A stretch of DNA of 64,000 nt from an uncultured Candidatus Bathyarchaeia archaeon (GCA_964463005.1 CAYWZZ010000002.1:27939-91938), one strand, 5' to 3'. Positions 18,908 to 28,798 are shown, numbered from the stretch's first letter. A program made the numbers and translations. The notes: generated by a model not told the origin, from the sequence alone.

Positions 18908-20485
18908 TTGCCGAGACTTGTAGAACGCAACACTATTGTTAAGGATTGGAGGAAAGTCCCTGTAAAGATTGCTCTCGTCTACCCTGGAGGCTATAGGGCT
19001 GGGATGACTGGTTTAACTGTTCAGCTTCTATACCATCTATTCAACATTAGAGACGACTGTCTATGCGAGAGGGTTTTCATAGATGGGTCTAAGCCTCCGC
19101 GTAGCATTGAATCTGGGAGAACTCTTGAAAAATTCGACGTAGTGGCTGCTACGATTTCGTATGAAGAAGGCTACGTTGAATTTCTTAAAGGACTTATGGA
19201 TTCCGGAATACCCTTACGCCGCGTAGATAGAGACGATAGGCATCCCCTTATCTTGGCTGGGGGAATCGTTCCAACATCGAATCCAACTGTTTTAGAGGAT
19301 TACATAGACGTTTTCACAATAGGTGATGCTGAACCTATCGTAAATCAGCTTGTAAAAGCCTACATGGAGCATCGTAACAAAAGCGGTAGACTTGAGGCTT
19401 TAAGTAGTATGACGGGTTTCTACGTGCCAAGTTTCTCTGAAGGTCTTGTGGAAAGGGTTTACGCTTCAAAACTCGAGGATGACCTGTATCCTACGGCTCA
19501 GGTGATTCCACTGGTTGATGAGAGCGACTCGCTTTGTCCAGTCTTCGGTTTGACGTTTAACCTCGAGGCGACGAGAGGATGTGGGAGGATGTGCCGCTTC
19601 TGTATAGCTAGTTGGGTTAATATGCCTGTGAGGCATAGGAGCTACGAATCTATGGTAGGTTTAATCGAGGATGGATTGAAGAGGACTGGTGTTAATAAGG
19701 TTTCACTTATCGGTGCTGGTATATCGGATAATAAGTGGCTTAAAGACGTCTGCGCGTATTTAACCTCTAAGGGTGTAAGTTTTTCAACGCCTTCTATTAG
19801 AATGGATTTGATTGATGGGGAGCTTATGAAGCTTATAGTTCAAGGTGGGCAGAGGACTCTCACTCTAGCTCCTGAGTCTGCTTCAGAGTACGTTAGAAAC
19901 CTCATAGGTAAACCTATACCGGATGACCGAATTTTAGAAGTTGCTGAGAACGCTTATGAATGTGGGTTTAAGAGGCTTAAACTATACTTTATGCTCGGTC
20001 TCCCTGGTGAAGACCGTGAATGTTTGGAGAGTATTGGAAGATTAACTGAAGCCTTCGCGAGAATGGGGTTCAACCAGATTCACATATCTATAAACCCTTT
20101 AATACCTAAGCCTCAGACGCCTTTCCAATGGCTACCCCTAGCTTCTAGGAAGTACTTGGAAGAAGCTTTTAAAGTCGTTAGGTCTAGTATGCCTAGAGCA
20201 CCTGTTTCCGTCGAAATGCTCAATCCCGCTGAAGCTGAGCTTCAGGCTCTACTCTCCCTTGGAGACCGCTCCGTCGGTAGAGTTGTTGAATACATGGCTG
20301 TACATGGTATGATGAACGTGAGGGGGGCTTCTAGAGCTGTTGGAGTAGACATCGATGGAATTGTTTATAAGGCTAGGGGCTTAGATAGCCCTCTACCGTG
20401 GGATAGGATACGTTCAGCTGATTTTAAAGCTCTCAGGGAACATTACTACGCGTTTGAGCGTGAGTTAAACCGTCAGCTCCGATAG
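18908..20485 (+). CDS. radical SAM protein with N-terminal B12-binding-like (Rossmann) domain
   Basis: CGRMCRFC is a CxxxCxxC motif. N-terminal KIALVYPGG... domain. TTG start with GAGGGTG upstream. Confidence 0.65.
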   Translation: MPRLVERNTIVKDWRKVPVKIALVYPGGYRAGMTGLTVQLLYHLFNIRDDCLCERVFIDGSKPPRSIESGRTLEKFDVVAATISYEEGYVEFLKGLMDSGIPLRRVDRDDRHPLILAGGIVPTSNPTVLEDYIDVFTIGDAEPIVNQLVKAYMEHRNKSGRLEALSSMTGFYVPSFSEGLVERVYASKLEDDLYPTAQVIPLVDESDSLCPVFGLTFNLEATRGCGRMCRFCIASWVNMPVRHRSYESMVGLIEDGLKRTGVNKVSLIGAGISDNKWLKDVCAYLTSKGVSFSTPSIRMDLIDGELMKLIVQGGQRTLTLAPESASEYVRNLIGKPIPDDRILEVAENAYECGFKRLKLYFMLGLPGEDRECLESIGRLTEAFARMGFNQIHISINPLIPKPQTPFQWLPLASRKYLEEAFKVVRSSMPRAPVSVEMLNPAEAELQALLSLGDRSVGRVVEYMAVHGMMNVRGASRAVGVDIDGIVYKARGLDSPLPWDRIRSADFKALREHYYAFERELNRQLR

Positions 20486-22417
20486 GTTTTTACACGCCTC
20501 ACAGATCCTGGCGGGCCGAGCTTTACGTATAGTTCTTCAGCCCAAGCGTACGTTTCAGGTCTAGGCCCTAGAAACACTAGGTTTGTCGGCCATATCAGCC
20601 CTGCTATGTATGGTAGATCTGTATATCTTGGGCAGTTTAACATCTCTAAAGCCGGTCCAGAACTATCTGGATTTGAAGTTAGGTTTTGAGAAGAAGGTGG
20701 ATTGTTCAGGATTAGCATGCATATACTTCTCTCGAGTAGAGCTGCGTATAGTGCAGGCACAGACATCTCACCACTACCCATAATGCCTATCCGCTTAACA
20801 TCAACCCAGTTTAGAGATTTCAAGGCTTCAATAGCCCTTAGAACGTCGTAAACCCTCATACTCGCAATCGTCCTCCCGGTTAATGGCGCGGCTCTACGTA
20901 TAAGCCACTGTAGGTCTGAAGCCCAAGATGTTTCACCTATCCCTCTAACTTTTAAGAATGCTCTAGCCCATGAACGGCTAAGTCCATTCACGAGAGGCTC
21001 TTCAACCCAGTAGAAGTTAAGAATTCTAGCAGACCTGTTCAATACGAGAAGTACTGGCGTAGGCTCAGGCGCATTTAAAGGCTTAAGGACCTGCATATGT
21101 AACCTCCAATCTTCTTCGGATGTGAAGTTCACCAGGTACCCTAGCCAGTTTTCACTCTTCTGTTTAAGCTCGACTTCCACGTTTAAACTGCAGGGTTTAC
21201 GTGGGAATGCTGAAAACGTCTTCTCCATAAGCGTTTCAATTAACCCTCTTCTGTAGGATTCAAGCTCTTCAACACTGTTTATCTCCGGCGGTTCTGCCGG
21301 TTTTATAAACCAGTTTTGAACAGTCGTCACTTTTTCATCGCTAGGTACTATATCGAAGACTTTTAGCGTTTCAACAGCTTCTTGAGATGGTGGAGATTCA
21401 TCTATGTCCCTGACTTCTTCGACGGAGACTTCCACACCTTTGAGGTGTTTTAAAAACCATTGGAGTATCGCTTTCCTAGAACCTTCAGTGTATCCGTGCC
21501 CTCCCGGTGTTTCAACTAAAGCTATGTTTTCAGGGCTTCCTAGAAGCTCATACAGTCTTTTAAGCTTCTTAAGTCTTATATATTAGTCTTACAGAGTCTA
21601 TGTCGAAAATCCAATCCCCCTCTGTTGAGGCTATGAGTAGAGGTCTTGGAGCTATTAAAGCACCTATGTCTGTTAAATCCCACATGTAGCTGTTTATCCA
21701 AAACATGCAGTCACAGTGTCCTTCGATTGTACGTTTACAGATGTGCGATTCTACGGTTGCTGTTCCACATACGGGTGCTACGGCTTTTACCCTCACATCA
21801 GCTGCCGCTGTGAACCAGCTCATCGCCCCACCGCTAGATATGCCTGTGACGCCTATATTGTTTAGGTCTACTTCTGGTCTAGACTGTAGTATGTCTAAGG
21901 CTTTCATGGCGTTCCAGACTTCGACGCCTGCGGGTGTATAGCCTAAACTGTACCAGTTGAACCATCCGTAGTGGTATGTGCCATGGTGATGCCCACGTAT
22001 TTCACCCTTCTGAATGGTCTCTATTATAAGGGTTGTGAAGCCCAACTGTGCGAATTTCCTCGGGTGGGCTTGGTAGGCATGCTTCTGGTTGAATGAATGA
22101 CCGCATAGGTATAAGATTGCTGGCGTAGGTTTGTCAAAGCTTTCAGGTACGTATAGATTTCCGGTTACGTATAGCCCTGGAAGACTCTGGTAGTAGAGCT
22201 TCTCGATTCTATAGCTTTTTCTATGGATTACGCCAGTTATAGTTGGTTTAACTGATTCACGCTTACTGTTGAAGTAGTCCGTTAAGCCCAACATGTCTAT
22301 GAATTTCCTACGCCTCTCATGGTTAGTTTTAACCCAGTAATCTCTATCCTTGAGATCGCTTAGAGATTGTTCAGTTATCCTCTTAGCCTCTCTACAAAGG
22401 TATGCGTAGATGTTCAT
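20473..22417 (-). pseudogene. two-domain CE7-like alpha/beta hydrolase (acetyl-esterase type) interrupted by a frameshift near 21570-21585
   Basis: The 282-aa ORF (21569-22417) has the GISSGG nucleophile elbow and the Asp, but stops 12 aa later. The catalytic His (ETPGGHGY) appears in the +1 frame. That frame runs uninterrupted into the 320-aa ORF (20473-21435), which is a second hydrolase-fold domain with a degenerate triad (Ser->Gly, His->Tyr). Confidence 0.6.
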
Positions 22418-22545
22418 TACGTTGTAAGTCTGCGGAGAAGCTTTAAAAGACTATTGCCTTAGAGTTTCACTCGTTGAAACGGTCTTCCCATTAGTGTCCT
22501 ATATAAGCTAGAAATTGCTAAGTTAAACTCGGTTAAAATCAGGAG

Positions 22546-23472
22546 GTGATGGGTTTGAAAAAGGCTCAGGTTTTAACGGCTGTGATGTTTACGCTACTAT
22601 TGACCACGCTGTTTGCGTCGCCTATGGTTATGGCCGACAACGATAATGAAGCTACAGACGAGTTGAAGAACAAGGCTGAAGTGATGCTTAAGCTTTTAGA
22701 GATTACGAGGAATAGGGCTAGCGAGACTTTAGAGCTTTTAAACAAAGCCACTGGGGAGATCCCAGACGATATTAGCGCTACGTATCAAGAGGCTTTAAGC
22801 CTCTACGATCAGAGCGTGGAGGCGTTTAAGGATGGAAACTACAGTAGATGCATAGTGCTCGGACGTATGGCTATGGCTAAATTCGAACTCTGCCTGAAGA
22901 ATGCCTGTAGGCTTCTCGTTAGAGAAGTTGAAGAGGTTATGGCTTGGAGGGGTCTTACAGTCGCCTTGGATAGGCTTAGAAGGTTTATAAATTGTGTTAA
23001 AGCCTTGAGGGATAAAGTGTATGAGGAATTTGGGGGGCTACAAGAAGCCATAGAGACAAATGTAGACCCGCTTATAAATGCGACTAACGATTTAGCTAAT
23101 GAAGCTGAATCGTATATAAGTAGTGGGGATTACGTCGATGCTTCTAAGGCTATCGGTGAGGGGCATGCTAAGGCTGCTCATGCTTTAGCTACTTTGAATA
23201 AACTTCTAAGGGGTAGAGCCGTGGCTATCGGTAGGGCTAAGCGTTACATAGAGAGGAATTTTGAGAAGTTTGGTGAACGTGTTAGGCAGAAGGCTAGGCA
23301 GATGGAGAGAATTAGGGCTAGGAATATTTTAAATAAGCTCGATCAGATAGCCAGTAAGCTTGAGGAGCTTAAAGGGTTTACCAGCGACGAAGAGGTTAGG
23401 GAGAGGCTTAGAGAGAGGCTTATGGAGATACAGAATATGCTGGAGGAGCTTTTGGAAGAGCTTGGGGATTGA
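22546..23472 (+). CDS. secreted all-helical protein (signal peptide, N-glycosylation sequons), unknown function
   Basis: N-terminal hydrophobic signal (LTAVMFTLLLTTLFASPMVMA), coiled-coil-like remainder, and sequons NYS and NAT. AGGAGG sits 3 nt before the ATG at 22549. Confidence 0.6.
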   Translation: MMGLKKAQVLTAVMFTLLLTTLFASPMVMADNDNEATDELKNKAEVMLKLLEITRNRASETLELLNKATGEIPDDISATYQEALSLYDQSVEAFKDGNYSRCIVLGRMAMAKFELCLKNACRLLVREVEEVMAWRGLTVALDRLRRFINCVKALRDKVYEEFGGLQEAIETNVDPLINATNDLANEAESYISSGDYVDASKAIGEGHAKAAHALATLNKLLRGRAVAIGRAKRYIERNFEKFGERVRQKARQMERIRARNILNKLDQIASKLEELKGFTSDEEVRERLRERLMEIQNMLEELLEELGD

Positions 23473-23514
23473 TCTATGGAAAAAGCTTTAAATAACTTCC
23501 TCACTTTTTAAAGT

Positions 23515-24564
23515 ATGAGTCTTCTCAGAGTTCTGCCAGTTTTATCCGTTATCCTTGTTTTCGCCTTAGCCTTTTCAGAGGCTTATTCTGAAGACTATAT
23601 CTACCGTATAGATTCTATGAATTTTACAGTTTATTTCGACGGCGTGGTTGATGTGAAGGCTAAACTTAGCGTAAATGGGACCTGTCTGTTTTTCAGCGTT
23701 GTTTTACCTGGCTCGCCCTTCGCGAATTTTATGGTTTACGATTCTTCAGGTGTGCCCGTGGACTTTGACGTTAACGATGATAATGTTACGGTCTACTGTT
23801 TCGGCGAAAGCCCCTTATACGTTGAGTATGAGACGTTGAATTTAACCTTTAAGGAGGGTGTTCTCTGGACCTTCAAAGTTAATTCTCCAGTAGACTTTTA
23901 CCTCATCCTGCCTTACAACGCTTCTATAACTGGTTTTTCAGACGTGCCTTTGAAGGCTACGGTGCTTAGTGATGGGAGGATTATGTTGAAGATGCCTAAA
24001 GGCTTACAGTACGTAAGCTACGTCATACCTCCGACCGTTGCAGAGTTTAGGTTAAAGGCTTTAAACGCTATTTCAAAGGCTCGTAAGGCTGTTGAAGATG
24101 CTAAAGCTGAAGGTAGAACTGAAGGTTTAAGAGAGGCTGAAAGTCTACTCAATGAGGCTGAAGAGCTTTTCAATAGAGGCGATTACCGTGGTGCTGAAGA
24201 TAGGGCTAATAGGGCTTACGAATTGGCTTTAAACGCTAAGAAGCCTCTATTTGGACTATTAGACTATCTGCCTTATATAGCCGCTTTGGCTGTTTTAGCA
24301 GTCGCTGTTTTCTTGTTCTTGAGGTTTAGACGTGGAGGATTGGCTAAACTTTTACGTGAAAACCCATGGCTTGACGAAGATGAAAAGAACATTTTAAAGG
24401 TTGTATGGGTTAAAGGTGGAGGTGCTTTTGAATCAGATATAAGAGAAGCTTTAGACTTACCTAAGACAACCGTCTGGAGGATTATTAAAAAGCTTGAAGA
24501 AAACGGACTTGTTAAAGTCGAGAAGATACGTGGAGAAAACTACGTTAAACTCACTAGACGTTAG
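23515..24564 (+). CDS. membrane-anchored transcription regulator: signal peptide + extracellular beta-rich domain + TM helix + cytoplasmic winged-HTH
   Basis: Signal peptide (LPVLSVILVFALAFSEA). Five N-x-S/T sequons in the N-terminal 200 aa. TM segment LPYIAALAVLAVAVFLFL. C-terminal DEDEKNILKVVWVKGGGAFESDIREALDLPKTTVWRIIKKLEENGLVKV is a MarR/TrmB-like wHTH. Confidence 0.6.
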   Translation: MSLLRVLPVLSVILVFALAFSEAYSEDYIYRIDSMNFTVYFDGVVDVKAKLSVNGTCLFFSVVLPGSPFANFMVYDSSGVPVDFDVNDDNVTVYCFGESPLYVEYETLNLTFKEGVLWTFKVNSPVDFYLILPYNASITGFSDVPLKATVLSDGRIMLKMPKGLQYVSYVIPPTVAEFRLKALNAISKARKAVEDAKAEGRTEGLREAESLLNEAEELFNRGDYRGAEDRANRAYELALNAKKPLFGLLDYLPYIAALAVLAVAVFLFLRFRRGGLAKLLRENPWLDEDEKNILKVVWVKGGGAFESDIREALDLPKTTVWRIIKKLEENGLVKVEKIRGENYVKLTRR

Positions 24565-24734
24565 AGTAAAATGCTTCTTCTAGTCTATCTCCCCTCAGTT
24601 CATCCATGATTTCCCTATGGAATTTTTCCATAAATTAGCTCCTCCCCATAATCTTTGACAATTCTTTAAAGCCTGAAAGATCGTACGTGCATTTAGAAAT
24701 GCTTTTATAATCCAGGTTCTTAAATTTCCTAGAT

Positions 24735-24899
24735 GGATAAAAGAGTTCTTGTGTCTGAAGAACTTCTAAAGATGTTGGCTGAAGGGAAGGTTAAATATGT
24801 TGAAGGCGCTAGGCTTAAACTCGGCAGGTGGGTTTTAGGTAGGAAGTTGGGTGAGTTTATTGGTTGTAAGGGTGAGGGTAAGGCTGAAGAGGTCGAGTA
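24735..24899 (+). CDS. hypothetical 55-aa protein
   Basis: Unlisted ATG ORF (MDKRVLVSEELLKMLAEGKVKYVEGARLKLGRWVLG...). There is no homology basis, so the call is weak. Confidence 0.25.
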
Positions 24900-25273
24900 A
24901 GGCCGTTGAGCTGAGGGTTCTTGCAAACGGTGGTGCTGAGAGCCCCAAACCTTGCGTGGTTGTCGACCCATCTTTGGTTGAGGCACTGGAAATTCAGCCT
25001 TTACATGGTGAGTTATACTCCGTAGAAGAGGCTTCTAGCGTAACCAAGGCCTATCTAATACCAGATGCCGTGACGCTCGAACTTCTAGATGAAAGTGGGA
25101 GTACACTGTCAAGTGTTAAAGCAGACTTAGTAGTTCAGGAGGGCCTACATGAACCACTTATAACGGACATCACCATAGACTCCCTTGGAATTCAGGTCTT
25201 AAGCTTCAGCAGAGGTTTGTGGAGGCATTTGAATGATCCACCTCAAATGGTCAGAAGAAGTGCGGAGACCTAG
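24851..25273 (+). CDS. hypothetical protein (possible retropepsin-like fold, DPS in place of DTG)
   Basis: 140-aa ORF with GTG start. It overlaps the 55-aa ORF in a different frame. LRVLANGG...CVVVDPSLVEAL weakly resembles clan-AA protease hairpins. Confidence 0.3.
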   Translation: MSLLVVRVRVRLKRSSKAVELRVLANGGAESPKPCVVVDPSLVEALEIQPLHGELYSVEEASSVTKAYLIPDAVTLELLDESGSTLSSVKADLVVQEGLHEPLITDITIDSLGIQVLSFSRGLWRHLNDPPQMVRRSAET

Positions 25274-25521
25274 TTGAGAGAATTAAATTGTATTCATTGA
25301 AGAACCTAGATTCCGTGTACGTGAAATGTAGATAGAGGTCTCACGATGTTAGGATTATTGCAAAGATCTAAATGTTTCCAGTATTATGTAGTAATCAGTT
25401 GGATGTGGTTGCAAGTTTAGAAATAAATTTTGAGCTCAATATTTTGAAGTCGCATCTCTACAGCACCATTCATAGCAATATGGATTCTAACGCTAAAGTT
25501 TAATAGGTAGCTATACTTCGG

Positions 25522-25553
25522 AAGCGACTTGCTATTCGCTTTAGTATAAAAAG
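25522..25553 (+). promoter_or_regulatory. hairpin (AAGCGA-N8-TCGCTT) followed by TATAAAAA box upstream of the MNT/HEPN operon
   Basis: Read from the sequence. The TATA-like element is about 40 nt upstream of the 25591 start. Confidence 0.3.
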
Positions 25554-25590
25554 GTAAACTTTAAGTATAATTTTTGATACTAATTTAAAC

Positions 25591-26355
25591 GTGTACGACG
25601 AATACTCGTATAGGATTTTGATAGCGTTAAGAGAAAAGAGTGTTGCTAGGTTTAAAGACCTCAAATCCATAGTAAGCAATTCTAGAATGCTTACAATAAA
25701 ATTGAAGAGGCTTAAAAGTTTAGAGCTTGTAGAAGTTAAGAATGGCTTTTACACTTTAACCTATAAAGGTCTCAAAGTGAGTAGAATACTTGAAGATTTA
25801 GATGAAGCTCTTCACCTCCATGAGCCGAAGGTAAAGAACTTAGAAAGAATCCCCCACTACCACTATACTCCTGTGGTAAAGAAGTATTGTGAACTATTAA
25901 TCGACACATTTGGAGAGAGGCTTGTGAGCATAATGCTCTTTGGCTCTATAGCTAGGGGGGATTGGAATTACGATAGCGATATAGATATACTCATAATCGC
26001 TAAAGGTTGGGAGGATAAGCCAGTTTGGTCTAGGATTAGAGAGGTTAGGAAGGTTAAGGAGAGGCTGGAGGTAAGTCCAGAATACTCAGAGGCTTTAAAG
26101 GCTGGCTACCATCCGATTATTCAAAACTATACACTGAGCGTTGAAGAGGCTAGGAAGTTTAATAGGATATACTTAGATGCCGTGATCGATGGTATTATCC
26201 TTTACGATAGAGACGAGTTTCTGAGTAGAATTCTCCAATCTGTGAGAAAGAGGTTGGAGGAGATGGGTTCGATTAGGATTACGTTTCCGAATAAAAGATT
26301 CTGCTGGGTTTTAAAGAGGGATTTTAAGGCTGGGGAGGTGATAGTACTTGGATAA
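25591..26355 (+). CDS. winged-HTH fused to minimal nucleotidyltransferase (MNT) domain
   Basis: GS-x9-13-DxD motif (FGSIARGDWNYDSDIDILII). N-terminal wHTH of about 90 aa. Confidence 0.75.
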   Translation: MYDEYSYRILIALREKSVARFKDLKSIVSNSRMLTIKLKRLKSLELVEVKNGFYTLTYKGLKVSRILEDLDEALHLHEPKVKNLERIPHYHYTPVVKKYCELLIDTFGERLVSIMLFGSIARGDWNYDSDIDILIIAKGWEDKPVWSRIREVRKVKERLEVSPEYSEALKAGYHPIIQNYTLSVEEARKFNRIYLDAVIDGIILYDRDEFLSRILQSVRKRLEEMGSIRITFPNKRFCWVLKRDFKAGEVIVLG

Positions 26356-26794
26356 CGTTACAAACGTAGACCTTGCGAAGTTGGCATTGAAGAGAAGTGG
26401 AAGATGGTTGAAGAGCGCATTGAGGGCTTTAGAGGATGAAAGATGGGATGATGTAGTCTATTCTTCGCAAATGGCTGTTGAACAGGCATCAAAAGCAGTT
26501 TTAATAGCGCTTGGAATAGAGTATCCTAAGGAGCATGATGTAAGCGTAGTCTTCAAGCAAATACAGGAGATAGAGAATATTCCAGCATGGTTTGTATCGA
26601 TGATTCCCGAGCTCGCTAATATCATTTCTGAGTTGGCCGAATTGAGGGGATTAGCCGGATACGGCTATGAGAAAGGTTTAGATGCAGATTACTTCAAAGA
26701 ATACGCACCTGAGGCGTACGAAATGGCCAGAAAACACCATGAAGCCTGCGCCAAGCTACTCTACCAGCTCTACGATATAGTTACTGAAAATTAA
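26348..26794 (+). CDS. HEPN domain protein (partner of MNT)
   Basis: 148-aa all-helical protein. It overlaps the MNT gene by 8 nt, which is the classic HEPN/MNT operon arrangement. Confidence 0.65.
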   Translation: MDNVTNVDLAKLALKRSGRWLKSALRALEDERWDDVVYSSQMAVEQASKAVLIALGIEYPKEHDVSVVFKQIQEIENIPAWFVSMIPELANIISELAELRGLAGYGYEKGLDADYFKEYAPEAYEMARKHHEACAKLLYQLYDIVTEN

Positions 26795-27175
26795 GCCCTC
26801 AGTCAGATACCACTCTTTCGATTTTGGAATGCATCCTTCACTCGATCTGCAGTAGGGTCACTAAAACCGTTTGGCGGATTTTTGACGATCTTTGAGAAAC
26901 AACCCATTAATTGTAGAAGGTTTTTCTAAATCTAATCACATACTGGTTCATTTAGGGTCGTCAAACTTCACTCTAGAACGTTTTAGAAGACTATCCTTAC
27001 GGTTAATGTTGTTAGAATCTTCCTGTTCCTTTGACTAGTATATGGTCTTCAAGCCCATAAGTACTTTATGAGGCACGGAAGTTGCCGTTTTAAAGGACGC
27101 GTTGAAGTCCCCATAGTCGGACCAAGGCTGAAAACGCTTAAATATAATTCTCCTAAAATTGTCTTAGTGAGGCGT

Positions 27176-27766
27176 ATGCGTAAATCTGTATTCATACCCG
27201 GTTTAGTCGTGTTGGTAATTGGAGCTTGCTTACTGGGATATGGGTTTAAATACGCGAGCGACTTGGATGCTTTAATCAAAGCTAGTGAGTGGGATGTAAC
27301 CTGGTATCGTGTTATAGACCCTTACGGGACTTGGGGAGACGTTATAGGGCGTTCAACTTTACCAGCTAGATTTGGACGTACAACTATAATTTACGAAGAC
27401 GTTTCTGAAGAGTTTGGGTTTAAAGCCACTATGACCATAGAGCTCCTAAGAGACGATACCGTAGTATTCCAAACCGGTAGTGACGACGGCATAATGCTTT
27501 ACGTAGATGGTGAACTCGTCATAAACAGTTGGATTTTAAGAGGTTACACGCTCGATAGCCCTGTGCACATTTCACTTAAGGCTGGAACTCACGCGCTAGA
27601 GCTTTGGTATTATGAATGGCACGGTGCGAATGAAGCATCCTTCGACATGCACGTTGAAGAGTATGAAATGGCTAGAAACATACAGACAGCAAGTGGAGGG
27701 ATACTATTCATAGGGATCGTAGTGACTATAGTAGGCTTTTTATTGAAGCCTAAAGTGAGGATTTAA
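27176..27766 (+). CDS. membrane-anchored PA14-domain protein
   Basis: GSDDGIMLYVDGELVINSW...LELWYYEWHGANEASF matches the PA14 signature. N-terminal and C-terminal TM segments. The internal ATG at 27176 is preferred over the listed 27068 start. Confidence 0.6.
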   Translation: MRKSVFIPGLVVLVIGACLLGYGFKYASDLDALIKASEWDVTWYRVIDPYGTWGDVIGRSTLPARFGRTTIIYEDVSEEFGFKATMTIELLRDDTVVFQTGSDDGIMLYVDGELVINSWILRGYTLDSPVHISLKAGTHALELWYYEWHGANEASFDMHVEEYEMARNIQTASGGILFIGIVVTIVGFLLKPKVRI

Positions 27767-27925
27767 GCGACGTTAAGAAGCTCTAGCGAGCGGTTTTAAA
27801 AATAGGGGACGCGTTTAACAACCGCCCTATTCACATAGAAGATGGGGATTAGCGAGTACACTGCTCACCCATATCGTCTTTCATGTCAAGGGACAATTGT
27901 AACTCAGTTTGTGGTTAGCAATAAG

Positions 27926-28798
27926 CTATAATTCTAGCTCTCTAATTATGTTCACGAGGTTTCTCATACATATTCTTGACGCTTCTAATCCTAGGTTTGA
28001 GTATTCAGCTCCTCCGGGCATTAGAACATTCGATTCATCTAGTTTGACTTTAGGCCTCCAGTGAGTTTCAAGCGATAAATACCCCCTGTATTTATCAAAG
28101 GCTAAGGCTTTCAACTGCTCTCTGTAGTTTACCTCTCCTTCGCCTATCGGGGTAAACTCATGACTTCCACTCGGCCCTTTCCTAACACCGTCTTTAACAT
28201 GCACGTGCACTATATCATTTCTGACATAGTTATATCCATCTGGGTATGGTATCTCGCCCTCTGGATCCCATATATCATTTCCAGGGTCCCAAACAACTTT
28301 AACAGTTTTCGAGCTAATTCTTCTGATAAACTTAGAAACACTTAAACCATTGCTTGCGTAAGTGGACGGTTCATTTTCAACTCCTAGTATAACTCCCTCA
28401 CTTTTAGCCACATCTATAAGCGGCTGGTAGAGTTCAACTATTTTATCAATAACCCGCTCAATACCATTCCTCCTCCAGAAAGTGAAGACTCGTATTATGT
28501 TCGTATCAAGGGTTTTAGCAAGTTCTACACAGCGTTTGAATATGTTTAAGTGTTGTCTGTACTCAGCTTCATCATCTATGCTTGATTTGAAAACCGGAGA
28601 TGCTACAGCTGAAACCTCTAAACCCTCCCTCCTTAGACTACTTCTAATCGACCCCGCCAATTCCACAAGCTCATGAGGTCTCTTATTGAATAAAGTTCTT
28701 ATCTCTAATCCGTCTAATGAAAACTCCCTAGCAAATGCTATCAAGTCTTTCAAGTCTTGTGAAACTTCATCCGATATAACAGATAGCTTAAATGTCAA
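27926..28798 (-). CDS. sugar phosphate isomerase/epimerase (xylose isomerase-like TIM barrel)
   Basis: Family-typical length and motifs (…LDGLEIR..., HVHVKD, E-x-H). Confidence 0.7.
   Translation of the reverse strand: MTFKLSVISDEVSQDLKDLIAFAREFSLDGLEIRTLFNKRPHELVELAGSIRSSLRREGLEVSAVASPVFKSSIDDEAEYRQHLNIFKRCVELAKTLDTNIIRVFTFWRRNGIERVIDKIVELYQPLIDVAKSEGVILGVENEPSTYASNGLSVSKFIRRISSKTVKVVWDPGNDIWDPEGEIPYPDGYNYVRNDIVHVHVKDGVRKGPSGSHEFTPIGEGEVNYREQLKALAFDKYRGYLSLETHWRPKVKLDESNVLMPGGAEYSNLGLEASRICMRNLVNIIRELEL

Noticed and set aside
22455-22475. GTTTCA-N5-TGAAAC palindrome upstream of 22546
   Set aside because: 6-bp arms could arise by chance. It is mentioned only as a possible operator, and nothing supports that.
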